DNA of 62,480 bases, counting the filler, from Sphacelaria rigidula (lineage: Eukaryota), in assembly GCA_964200075.2 (NCBI GenBank). It is 8 parts of 8 records of this genome, joined end to end, with 100 filler letters (N's around TTAATTAATTAA, not from the genome) between each part and the next. Parts side by side here need not be neighbours in the genome. Positions count along the whole stretch, not along the records: positions 1 to 7,724 come from CAXNAA020013663.1; positions 7,825 to 15,547 come from CAXNAA020013664.1; 6 more parts are not named here. The stretch is one strand, 5' to 3'. The first letter of the stretch is position 1. The number at the start of each line of letters is the position of its first letter. The notes beneath the pieces were generated by a model. It saw nothing but the letters and a program-made list of their open reading frames with translations, ran no database searches and was not told where the DNA came from. The position numbers were made by a program, and so were the translations under genes. This document shows, one piece after another, positions 1 through 11,207 of this stretch.

Positions 1-131
1 CGAGTCGCATGAAGGGTGAGCTGCACCCTGCTAAGATTGTTCGGCCCGAAGCCTACTGATTATCTTGCATTCGGAGGGGTGGGGTGTACTCATAATCTTG
101 CATGACATCGTCATATGACCATTGGCTTCGC
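1..131 (-). mobile_element. Two fragments of LINE family B (ORF2-end piece 1-71; 3' tail 86-131), separated and flanked by G-rich tracts
   Basis: The reverse complement of 1-70 matches 6310-6378 and ~50780-50850. The reverse complement of 86-131 matches the family B tail (...CAATGGTCATATGACGATG...ATGAGTAC). Confidence 0.75.
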
Positions 132-1012
132 GGAGGGGCGGAGGGGAGGAGGCGGCAAGGGGTACAGCACCGATTTGTCATAGCCAACATAGCTATATCC
201 TCTTCAATTCCGCGGAGCTATCTTGCTGGTGACTGTTGGAGGGGGGGGGGGCGGGGAGCAGAGCGTGCGTAGTTTCTTTCGACTTCAACGATGAAAACAA
301 CATCTGAACATTGAAAGTTCTCCACCGGTACGGCGTGTTAGTGTTGCACGCGCGAGACGGTGGATGTTTGATGTGGACGCTCTGGTTCTCTGCATACTAG
401 CCTCGTACTCACCTACCTACCCCTCCTTGATCCTGTGAGTGAAAGGGAGGAAACCGTCTGAGTTTTTTTCAGACGATCTTTACACGCAATAAGTGACATA
501 GCCACAACGATTTGTTGGTGAAAAAAACATTCTGCGTCCGTCCCGTAAGTCTAGGTGGTAATGGGCTGCAGGTCTTTTCTCTCGAACGGGGGTGCCTACG
601 GTTGGTGGAGAGATCAAGTTATTTATGAGCGTCTTCATAAGGCACGATTTCGGGCAAGATTTTCCCCAATGTTGGCCACTGCAAATCCAATTTTAGCCAA
701 ATTCGACCGGTTTTGGCCATTTTCGTGCCGGGCGGAAGTGATAAGGCAAACCACGTGGTTCAGGACTAGACGTAGCTAGCCTCTGTACAAGAAGCAGGCT
801 AAAACTAACCAAGAGTTTTTGCCCTTTCCTCCCCTCCCCCCTTTTTTGTTATTTTTGCCGTTTTTCTCTGTCTTCTGGCCTTGGAGACGGGGCGAAGTAC
901 TGTTATTTTCGGGTCGAATGATTTTTTAACGGTCGGACCGTCCGGCCCCTTGCGTCAAGCACCAGTTGTCATGTTTATGTATAAGCAGAAGAATCAAATC
1001 GGGAACAATTAA

Positions 1013-1469
1013 AACAGTCGACCACCAAAATTGAGGGTGGAGCTTTTCATTGAGGATGATAATCTGGAGGATTAAAATCTTCGAATCCACACCAAAACTT
1101 CGAAACATGGCCCCATTCCTTCTCCTACAGGTAATATCTAATAAAAATAACAGGTAGCTATTAGTGACGACTTCTACACGCCCTAGAAACTTGGGTATCG
1201 GTAACCGAAATCTTGGGGTCCTAGGTGAAGAAATAATTTTGAGGAATGTATGTAATCCGATCGGATCGCCGAAATTCCCCAAAACTGTTTTTTCATCTAG
1301 AACCCCAACATTTCGGTAATCGAAATCATAATTTGTATAACGTGTAGTAGTTATCAATAGCTACCAGTAGGTGAAGGGATGGAACCATATATCGAGGATC
1401 TGATGTGGATACGAATATGTTAACCCTCCGGGTTCTCAGCTCCGTCCTCAATTTCGATGATCGGCTGTT
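1013..1469. mobile_element. Foldback (whole-length palindromic) MITE, copy 1
   Basis: Ends are AACAGTCGACCACCAAAATT...AATTTCGATGATCGGCTGTT, the centre is ATCCGATCGGAT near 1260, and TTAA flanks both sides. Homologous to 8036-8478. Confidence 0.85.
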
Positions 1470-2594
1470 TTAAGGGCCCGTACGAACAAAGCCGTCCAGG
1501 CTTATGGGGCAGAGAGGAAGTATATTGATATCACATATTATCATGACGTTGAAAGGCATTTGTCGCCATGCCTTCGCAGACCCGTGGATTTGCTACTTGA
1601 CATTATATTTTGTAAGGACTTGAGGTCTGACTAGGCTTGATCAGCAGGCGAGTTTGATGGTACGCTCTGTTGCTAGCGGCCCCACGTAGCTCATTTATTC
1701 TCACGAGAAGCATTCTGTCGGAAGCCACCCAACCCGGTAAGGCCAGTAAGATCGCATTGAACGAGCGTTACGGAATAAAAAGGACAGCGATCATTTGATC
1801 AGGAACGCATTTAGACTTCCTGCTGCGTGATTTAAAGAGCACTGAGAAACAGGTGGTAATCGGCTATCAGGAATAGCTCACAGAACACGCAGCAGATCAT
1901 ATCGTGCGGTCGCTACTCTGTGCATCGCTGAGCGTGTTTGTCTACGCGCTAGCTTACCCCTTCACAATATTGCGTTTGGAACAAATAATACCCGACCGGT
2001 GTCATAGCATGGTATTGCGAGACAACTGCTTACAATCGACGTTTTTAGTCGTTCATTTAAACATTTCCCGTGGCGATTCATTTGAACAAGCAAAATCCCT
2101 TGCCACACATTGGCATATATATCTTCGAAAGGACGAAGAATATTTGCAACTACATCGCGATCGCTGACGATTTACGCGTCGAAATGTACGTTCCATGTGT
2201 TACCCAAGAAAAAACGTCCTGCACCGCCCTTTAGATAATACACCTCGAGCACATCCTGGAGCCCTTGGTCGCAGCAGCAACATTATTCACATCTATGTTG
2301 TCCGACAACATCTTGTGAGGTCGCAGCTACTCCTCGAAAATGGGTAAGCGACAGAAATCGATTCCGATTCCCTGATATTTCTCACTGTGAGGAATCGACA
2401 AAACCCCTGTGCCTTTGTTGAGTATTTGCCGGATTGACAACTTCGACACACAAAAACGCGCCGTTCCTACGAGTTCGGGCTTGAACTCTTTTCCAGGGCT
2501 GAGTTGATTCAGCAGTCCGTCGCTCAGGTCAGAATCTTGTGGAGATGTCGAATAAATACGGATCTGAGAAAAAAAAAATGGAGAAGAAAGGGTC

Positions 2595-3321
2595 CAAGGG
2601 CAGGTCGAGTAGAGTATGTACTTTTGAGTACTCGAGTAAAATACCCGAGTATTTACTCTACTCAAATTTTAAGTAGGTCGAGTACTGCCTCAAATACTCT
2701 ACTCCAATTTTGAGTAGGTTGAGTACGGCCTCAATACCCTACTCAAAATTTGAGTGAATCGAGTACGACCTCCAATACTCTACTCAAATATTGAGCAAAC
2801 ACTCTTGGTAATACTTTAGTGTAGAGTATCACTTTGGTATGACTTCAATACTCTACTCAATTTTTAAGTAGGTCGAGTGCGGCCTCGAATACTCGACTCA
2901 AATTTGAGTAGATTGAGTACGACCTCCAATACTCTACTCAGAATTTGAGGAAGCACTCTCAGTACTACTTTAGTATAGAGTATACTTGGGTATGGCCTCA
3001 ATACTCTACTCAATTTTTAGGTAGGTTGAGTATGACCTTCAATACTCTAGTCAAAATTTGAGTAAATCGAGTACGACCTCCAATACTCTACTCAAATTTT
3101 GAGTAAGCACTCTCAGTAATACTTGAGTATAGAGTATCACTTGGGTATGACCTTGATACTCTACTCAATTTTTGAGTACGTCGAGTACGGTCTCAAATAC
3201 TCGACTCAATTATTGAGTAGATCGAGTACGGCCTCAAATACTCTACTCAAAATTTGCGTACTAAAAAAATGACTCTTCAAAACTACTGAGTATTGAGTAT
3301 ACTCTACTCCACCTGCCCTTG
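2595..3321. mobile_element. Non-autonomous hAT-like element filled with a tandem hairpin-repeat array
   Basis: TIR CAAGGGCAGGTCGAGTAGAGTAT / ATACTCTACTCCACCTGCCCTTG. The 8-bp flanks AAAGGGTC and GAAGGATC match 6/8, consistent with a decayed hAT-type TSD. Interior is ~40-bp units like AATACTCTACTCAAATTTTGAGTAGGTCGAGTACGGCCTC. Confidence 0.75.
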
Positions 3322-5088
3322 GAAGGATCTATATTTCATGAAAACTTTGATGTTTGTGAATGGATACGGAGGTCAATACGAAAGTATGAGATGCCACGAA
3401 CTAAACACTTTTGCGTGTAATTATTTATTGTTTTCGCAGTGTATTTCTTCAGCAGTCAACACACACAGGCACACAAGATGAAACGATACGCGGAGAAGTG
3501 ACCGAACGAATTCACATTCCCTCTTACAAAGAGACTCATGCATACAGATCTATACATAAATGCCTACGCACACCACGCTCGTTAACATTTCTTGTGTCAT
3601 CAAGGACACGTGTGCGGTCGCGCTTTGTCCGAAGAACGGCGCAGGATGCGTGACAGGGACGGGAAAAGAGTGCGGGGAACGGCGGGTGCCACGTGGCGTT
3701 GGCAGGTATCTTTAGTTGGGACACAAATGGCATACGGTAGATGGGCCGCCATGAAAGTATCCCAATATGAAGTTCTGGACTCACTGTATGCATAATACGT
3801 ATTTTGTGGGGGTACACCCCCATTTTGTAGGAATGGAGTTTACAGAAAAAAGTATGGGGGCAGCCAGTGTCTGAAAAAACACAAAATACTATGGTAACCA
3901 ATACGAAACGTGCTTCATAGGACACATCCAATACGTTTTGAAAGGTCTACCTGCTGTATACCGGTACGCTGCTGCCGGTTAGCCTGGTACTAGACACATG
4001 CGTGCCGATTGTCGACGGTATCCGTGTTCGTTTTCTGTTTTGTTTTGCACGAATAAGATGAAGGCGACTCCACAGCACACGCGTGGCGCTACAATGTAGA
4101 GTGAGTTTACGGTAGGGGTTCACGTTTTTGGTCCAAACGTTTTCTGAGGCTGCACACTACTGATAAGGCTCACATGTTTGTCATCGAAGTGCTCCTTAAG
4201 TAGTGCAGGGCCTCACGACAAAACCGAGCACCCCTAGAATAAAAGCACGCTTCAGCCAACGAATATTCATGTTTGAGGCTGGGTGCAGGCACACCGTGCC
4301 ACCGCTATGTAGAGGGGAGCTTCGCAAAGTCGTAAAACGACTCGTGGAGAGAACACGGTATCATATCCTCTTGTGTCCTGTGTGTCCGATCTGGGCGCTG
4401 TAGCCTAGGCCCGTCAACGCTACAACTCCTTTAATCAGCTCACACGGATGGGCGACAAAAGACGCTCGCCCTAAGCCGGGACCCAACACGAAAACAAACC
4501 GTACAAGCATAGCAATGAAACCGGACAACAAGCAGCGACAAGTTTGTTCGCACTACTTACTGTTCTGAAAAGACGTTTTACGCCCTGCTAAAAACTTACT
4601 CTTCTGACAGGGCGTTATAACCCCTACTAATGAACAGACTTTTTTACGAAATGCTCACAGGATATGATCCCCCCCCCCCCCGCCCCCCAAAACGCCAGGA
4701 AAAACAACCTTACTTGGGAAGAGCTAGGGAAACCCTGTCGGCTGTGATACATCTGAAGTACCGATCCTCGGCCGACGGATGGTCCGCATGGCGTGGGGCC
4801 CTACAGCGCGAATAATATACGAACAAGAAGCGTAGAGAGAGAGAGAGGTAGGGAAGGCATCGACCTGTAATCGGGGTATGGAACCGAAAAAGCAGGACAT
4901 GGTATAAGAATAGGGTAAACAAACGGCGTTGTTGATAATGGTATGGGCACAATGTTTCACGTGAATGTCTTGAGATCATTTGAAGCCTCTTTTACGATAG
5001 AGAAGCCCACTTGGTTCTAGTGTACCGACGACAAGGCTAAAAACTCACCAAATATTGTATGCTAGGGCCGTGCGAAGGACACACACGC

Positions 5089-5109
5089 ATATATATATAT
5101 ATATATATA
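5089..5109. repeat. (TA)n microsatellite
   Basis: Direct reading; a second (TA)n tract lies at ~5736-5759. Confidence 0.9.
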
Positions 5110-6199
5110 CCTGTACGGCTGTATGTCTCGTAACCACAGAACATTAGCGCCAGGTTGATTGGTGGTTCTCTGCGGTCCTTCCAGCCCGCCGCGTCGGCGC
5201 AAACCTTTTCCCGGAAGCACGAACAAAACCCACACCGTACTCATGAGAAGAGGAGACGAAACGGGCAGCCGGGGGGGCGAACGGAATAGCTCAATTTTGG
5301 AATATGACTATGGCCCTCACGTACGGCGTGTGACGTCTTGCGCATCCGGGTCTGACTCATACACTGCTACGTTGCGCCAAAGTAGCGCGTTTTACAATAT
5401 GTACGCATTTGCACCCACGACAATGTCGCGGTGCGTTGCGACGCTGGGGCCGTCGACTTACTGCCGTGGTTTGATGACACGAAAAAGTGGAACTTTCTCT
5501 GAATCAGGGAATAGTCACTCTCTCCGGTGATGGAGGTCAATGCTCAATGAACGTACATCCATATAATCGATTGATTGTCGCATTTTGACTGATGCCCCAA
5601 GATTCCATTCATGGTCATTATCCACATGACACAGTAGACGCATCCGACATGAAAATGAAATGGAAACGCACGCTGAAAACAAAAGAGGAGAGGGAGGGTA
5701 GAACAGACAGGGTAGACTAAGAAAAGAAAAAAGGAGTATATATATATATATATATATATCGCACTTTATTACTGATAATGGTGAAACCGCTTCCATATAG
5801 AGCCTAGCACACACACATTTCGAGATAGGTATCCGCGCCAGTTACTCTCGTCGGATAGGTTCGTTCTTGCCTACTGCCCACGGTAGATCGCTCTATTGTT
5901 TATGTGCGATCGTCGGCCAGACCTAGATCCTCGACATCCAAGTCAGACCTTCGAGTTGCCATTCTAAAGTCACATTGTTGACAGTATCTACTATCTTGTT
6001 CACTTTTTTTTCCCACATGCATTTCCCAAGGAGTATCTATATGTCAATCCATCAATGCAATATTGCTGAGATTAGTCGTCAAAAGTACCGTAAGATTGGC
6101 CTGCTGAAAGACGTTTATATCCTGATTCTCGCGGACATAACCCAATACCGCCTCATAACCTTGTGGCAGGAAACTGAATCGATTTACCCTCCCTCCCGT

Positions 6200-6520
6200 C
6201 CCCGGGTGAGACACCCATGAGGCTATGGGAAAACCTCATGGAAGCCGTGGCTGTCTCTGGAAGTGGTGATACCAGAAAATTAAGCAACTCATCAGAGGGT
6301 GTCATCCATATGCAAGATAACCGGTCGCTTCGGATTGAACAATCTTCGCAGGGTGCAGCCCACCCTTCATGCAACTCGCCAAACACACCACAGCGCTTTG
6401 CGCTTTGCGAGTGATTGCGAGCCTGGTCCGATAAGAACTCGGCGTGCTCCATCCCGGCTTTTTAGGGATGCGAGGTCAATGTTCATATGACGACGGCATG
6501 TGAGATCATGAGTACCCCCC
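6200..6520 (+). mobile_element. LINE family B, 5'-truncated 3' end ending in GAGTAC + oligo(C)
   Basis: The ORF ending ...EQSSQGAAHPSCNSPNTPQRFALCE* (stop 6414) is homologous to ...EQSQQGAVHSLCDSPNASRRFALGE* near 50810-50885. It is followed by the conserved tail. LINE identity is inferred from variable 5' truncation and the tail shared with RT-encoding family A. Confidence 0.7.
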
Positions 6521-6527
6521 AACCCCT

Positions 6528-6600
6528 CGTGCTCCGTCTCGAAAGGAATGCGTGGTCAACGGTCAAACGACTAAGGCAAACAATAAATAACCACGCGCCC
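6528..6600 (+). mobile_element. LINE family A, tail-only (~70 bp) copy between two C-tracts
   Basis: GTGCTCCGTCTCGAAAGGAATGCGTGGTCAACGGTCAAACGACTAAGGCAAACAATAAAT matches the 3' end of the RT-coding copy at 9232-9294. Confidence 0.8.
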
Positions 6601-6617
6601 CCGCCCCTCCCCCCCCC

Positions 6618-7724
6618 GACATCAGGTTTGATGTCCGCAGATGGTTTTGTGGGGATTTCAGGAACAGCAGAAGGATTGCAACAACAGATAAACAAGGCTC
6701 TAGAATACACTAGGAAATGGAGAGTGACAGCGAATGTCAAGAAATGCGCGATACTCGTCTGTCACGAAGATAAGAGGAATCCGGTAAAGTTTAAATGGGA
6801 GTGGGGAGAAGAGGAACTGCCGATCGCAGACTAGTACACATACCTTGGCGTAGAGATCTCAAAACGCTGTTCTTGGGATGCACGCATACACAAAGTAATA
6901 GAAAAGGGCAAGGCACAGATAGGCAGGATGGACGTGATCCTCAGAGACTCGCACCTAGACACTATGATTAAAAGATGTATCCTGATGAACGTGACTGTAC
7001 CAAAGCTGGAATATGCAGGAGAAGTATGGGAGGGGAACGTGAAGTTGGTGCAGAGGTTGGAAACAGTACAGATGGCAGCAGCTAAAAAGATACTTGAATG
7101 CTCGACAACGACGAGTAATACAGCACCGAGAGCAGAGTTGGGAATGTACTCACTAAAACCAAACAGAGACATGAGGGAGTTTAGATGGCAATATAGCGTA
7201 AACAACATGCAGAGAAAGAGACTGCCAGCTATAGTCGATAAGGCTGTATGGAAGAAAAGTACGAAAGGGCATGCTATAAGGTGGGATAGAGAAGTCGAGA
7301 AGATATGGAAGGAGATAGGCGGAAACCAAGACGAAATACTGTACATAGGTGAAGACGCGGGGTACAAGGCAAAAGTAAGAGAGATGATAGAAATAAGGGG
7401 GAAAGGAGCGCCCAGACGCAAGGTAGACGAGGAAGAACACCTGAAGATATACAGGGGGGAGTGGTTGAGAGAGGGGATAGGGATGGAAAGATATCTGAAT
7501 GGTCCCATGGACGTGGCAGACAAATTAAAACTGCGATCTCGGGTTGGGGACCTGGACCTGCCAGAAAGAAGGAAAAGATATACCAGTCGTCGAAAGGAGG
7601 AGGAAGTAGATGGACAGAACTGCCTCTGTGGCAAAGCGATAGGGAGCAGAAGTCATATAGTGGCAGAATGTGAACTATACGAGGAGGAACGGGACGTGCT
7701 AGAGGGGACATGCGGGACGTGAAC
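6618..7724 (+). mobile_element. LINE family A ORF2 remnant (RT C-terminal half, thumb, CCHC zinc knuckle); pseudogenised, cut by contig end
   Basis: GLMSADGFV (decayed FADD), LQQQINKALEYTRKWRVTANVKKC, YTYLGVEIS, VPKLEYAGEVW and CLCGKAIGSRSHIVAEC, all typical of non-LTR retrotransposon ORF2. In-frame stop at 6832-6834. Confidence 0.92.
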
Positions 7725-7824
7725 NNNNNNNNNNNNNNNNNNNNNNNNNNNNNNNNNNNNNNNNNNNNTTAATTAATTAANNNNNNNNNNNNNNNNNNNN
7801 NNNNNNNNNNNNNNNNNNNNNNNN
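7725..7824. other. Artificial contig spacer
   Basis: 44 N + TTAATTAATTAA (stops in all six frames) + 44 N. Confidence 0.98.
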
Positions 7825-7887
7825 AGTACTATTTTAGGCTTGAACCTTATCTCGGAGTTAAACCTCAATTCGCACAATTTGTTGTTC

Positions 7888-9294
7888 AATGCTGGGATAT
7901 GCAGGAGAAGTATGGGAGAGGAACGTGAAGTCGGTGAAGAAGTTGGAAACAGTACAGATAGCAGCAGCTAAGAAAATACTTGGATGCTCGAAGACGATGA
8001 GTAATACAGCATTGAGAGCACAGTTGGGAAAACATAACAGCCGATCATCGAAATCGAGGATGGAGCTTTTCATTGAGGATGAGATCCCGGAGAATTAAAT
8101 TTATCGTATCCACACCGAATCTTCGAAATATGTTTCCATTCCTCTACCTACTGGTAGCTATTGACAAGTGCTACACGCCCTACAAACTTGGACTTCGATA
8201 ACCTAAATGTTGGGTTTCTAGATGAAAAAACCATTTTGGGGAATGCAGATGATCCGATCGGATCGTCGAAATTCCCCAAATCTGGTTTTTCACCTAGGAC
8301 ACCAACATATCGGTTATCGAAATCCAAATTTGTAGGCCGTGTAGCACGTGTCAATAGCTACCACCAGGTGGTGAAATGGAAACATATTTCGGAAATTTGG
8401 TGTAGATACGAAAGTTGTGACCCTCCGGTTTCTCATCCTCAGTGAAAAGTCCAACCTCAAATTCGATGATCGGCTGCTATATTCACAGAGACATGAGAAA
8501 CTTGCGATGGCAATATAGCTTGAAGAGCATGCAGAGGAAGAGATTTGCTGTTGTAGTTAATAGGGCTGTATGGAAGATAATTACCAAAGAGCAGGCTGGA
8601 ATATGGTGGGATAGAGAAGACGAGAAAATATGGAAGGTGATAGGAGGAAACCAAGACAAAATACTGTCCATAGGTGAAGGTGCGGGGTACAAGACAAAAG
8701 TAAGAGACATGATAGAAATAAGGGGAATAGGAGCGCTCAGACGCAAAGTAGACGAGGAAGAACACCAAAAGATATACGGGGGGTTGAGAGAGGGGATCGG
8801 GAGGAAAATATATCTGCATGGCCTCATAGACGCGGCAAAATATTTGAAACTGCGATTTCGGGTGGGGGACCTGGACTTCCAGAAAGAAGATAGATATACC
8901 AGTAGTCGGGAGGAGGAGAGAGGAAACGCACCGAATTGCCCTTGTGACAAAGCAATAGAGAGCAGAAGTCATATAGTGGCAGAATGTGAACTATACAAGG
9001 AGGAGCGGGACGTGCTAGAGCGGGAAATGCGGGAATGTGAACGAAGGTGGCATGGAATCGTTTCATGCATTAGGCAGCAGCGAAAAACCGATGGCTATAC
9101 TAGGAAATAGATGGTGGCATCAGACGGCGAAACAGGACGAGGATACGATATGTGAAATGATTTGATGTAATGCATGAAAAAAGGTAATGGGCACCTTAAT
9201 GTGGGAGGTGCCTCTATTCGGAGCAGGAACGGTGCTCTGTCTCGAAAGGGAGGCGTGATCAATGGACACACGACTAAGACAAGCAACAACTAAG
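7888..9294 (+). mobile_element. LINE family A, 5'-truncated copy reaching the 3' terminus, interrupted by a MITE and followed by a long poly(C)
   Basis: LGYAGEVWERNVK...AAAKKILGCS and LKLRFRVGDLD...CPCDKAIESRSHIVAECELY are collinear with 7005-7724. Tail at 9232-9294, C-tract at 9295-9332. Confidence 0.92.
8036..8478. mobile_element. Foldback MITE, copy 2, nested in a LINE
   Basis: AACAGCCGATCATCGAAAT...ATTCGATGATCGGCTGCT with centre GATCCGATCGGATC. The near-identical ORFs 8161-8445(+) and 8148-8354(-) reflect the palindrome. LINE sequence resumes on both sides. Confidence 0.9.
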
Positions 9295-9332
9295 CCCCCC
9301 CCCCCCCCCCCCCCCCCCCCCCTTTCCCCTCC

Positions 9333-9404
9333 GCGAGCCTGGTCCGGCGAAAATCCGGCGTGCTCCGTCCCGGCTTTGTAGGGATGCGAGGTCAATGGTC
9401 TCAT
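9333..9404 (+). mobile_element. LINE family B tail fragment directly after the poly(C) of a family A copy
   Basis: GCGAGCCTGGTCCGGCGAAAATCCGGCGTGCTCCGTCCCGGCTTTGTAGGGATGCGAGGTCAATGGTCTCA matches 6417-6485. Confidence 0.8.
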
Positions 9405-10753
9405 GTGGAAGTATAAGCAACTACCGCAAGCAGTAGTGCCGTATACACCGAACGCAAACTAGCCACACCCTTGTGGGGTGTAGACAGGCGGTCCTGTTTC
9501 CGACTTGCTAACCCAAACTGTTGTTTCACTCTCTCAATACAATAGCCCAGCTGTCAAAGTGGGAGCAGCCCTAAAGCCAGCAAACAAGTAACAATGGTGA
9601 ATGAGGGTGATAGTACAGCACAGCTAAGACTCACGTCAATAAGGCTGTGGACTCGCGACACTGAAGACAGGAGATCGGTGGGTAGCTGATGAGTAAAGCT
9701 CTTCTTTATATCTAATTAGACCTGAAGACTGTAGTCGAGGTTTTCGAGTGAAGACAGGTGGGACAGCTGCCCATATGTCCGTCTGCCCCGCTTACAATCT
9801 CGCCATAAAACAAAATCACCGTGACGCGCCGTACCTTTAGGTAATCAAGGCTGTAGTAGCAGCAGGTACACGCGGCTAATCGGGTACAATCCATCTACCT
9901 TCAACCCGCTGCGTCAACAATACAAGGATCGAATCCTGTCTCATACAAACACACATTCGACTAGAATCTTTCCATACCCGCTGGTCTTTTCTGGAGACCC
10001 ATCTGCGGATCCCAAAGAACGCATATATTTCTGGCACGCAGTCATTTCCCATCACACACGTGACAAAACAAATAATCAGCCATCATGATGCGCGCTGGGT
10101 GATGCGCGCTGGGAGCGACGCGCTCGTGCTCACGCTTACGACGACACATAGGTAATCAAGCTACGGAGACCACTACAGTGGTTCCCACCGCGCTTGGGTA
10201 AGGTGAAGAAACGCAAGCAGTCGAATTATCAAAAATAACCAATGTACTCTTGACCATGGCAGGTACCGCGCAAAAACAACTGCGAGAAACAATGCTGCTC
10301 AGGCGGGAATTTAGGTTCGGCGTGCGTACTGCTGTAATGAGCGGAGATTGTAAATGTGCCGCCAATGACGTGAGCCAGTGAGCCCATACCCAAATAAACA
10401 ACAGTATGATCTCGGGATATTGTATGTCAACAGTGACTCAACCGAAACATGAATTGATACAAGAGCTGAGGCTTCGAGATGAACCTCAAGACTAAAGTCC
10501 ATCCGGGTGTGCTTGCACCACTTGAAGATGCGTGTCCACAACGTTAGCGTAGCGATATCGCTCACAGCGTGACTTCGGAGGTGGCTATGCGCTAGTCCTG
10601 TGCGTGATGCCATTTGAGTAAAGTAAAACGGCGTGCCTCCCACGCAGTTCGATTCGATGCTCTTGCAGGTTAGAGTCAGAATCTTCAGCTATTCTTGATT
10701 AAACAGGAAGCGCGGAGTTGATGTCGGAAGGCATGAGTCTCTACACGCTGTAT

Positions 10754-11207
10754 CCTTTAAATGCAACAGCTGCACGCACGATTTTTGACGAGTAATACAG
10801 CTGGCAAGAGCAATGTAGCGCTGTATGCACCCATGATGTTGCCCACTGGATTGTTACACGTGAACGCCGCCCCGGTTAAATGCACTATGCCCCACATAAT
10901 TACCGTCCCCTATTGCGCGACACTGACACATGAGGTCGGTGTTACATCGAATGTTGCCAGATTTTACTGGCACCGCTCGTTGTCTCCTTTAAATGCAACA
11001 CAGCCGCGCGCACGATTTTTGACGCGTGACCAACTGGCAGGAGAAACGTGGCGCTGGCTACACCCATCAGCAAAAAATGTATTGTTGTACGTGAACGCCG
11101 CACCGGTTAAAGGAACTCTGCATCACCGAATTGCTGTCCGCTAATGCGCGACACTGGCCCAGTGGATCGGTGTTATATCGAACGTCATCAGATTTTAGTG
11201 GCAGCGA
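10754..11207 (+). repeat. Diverged tandem duplication (~233 bp x2), probably a decayed coding repeat of ~77 aa
   Basis: Both units begin CCTTTAAATGCAAC and share GCACGATTTTTGACG, ACGTGAACGCCGC.CCGGTTAAA, TGCGCGACACTG and CAGATTTTA.TGGCA. In the blocks compared, many differences fall at third codon positions of the + frame. Confidence 0.8.

Noticed and set aside
2640-3260. CRISPR-like array of palindromic repeats
   Set aside because: Units are contiguous and degenerate with no unique spacers, they are enclosed by TIRs, the context is eukaryotic, and there are no cas genes.
8148-8445. Similar ORFs on both strands (also 926-1357, 55701-55997 and 55804-56085)
   Set aside because: By-products of palindromic MITEs, not proteins.
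6618-9294. Tandem LINE duplication across the first spacer
   Set aside because: The two copies are on different contigs.
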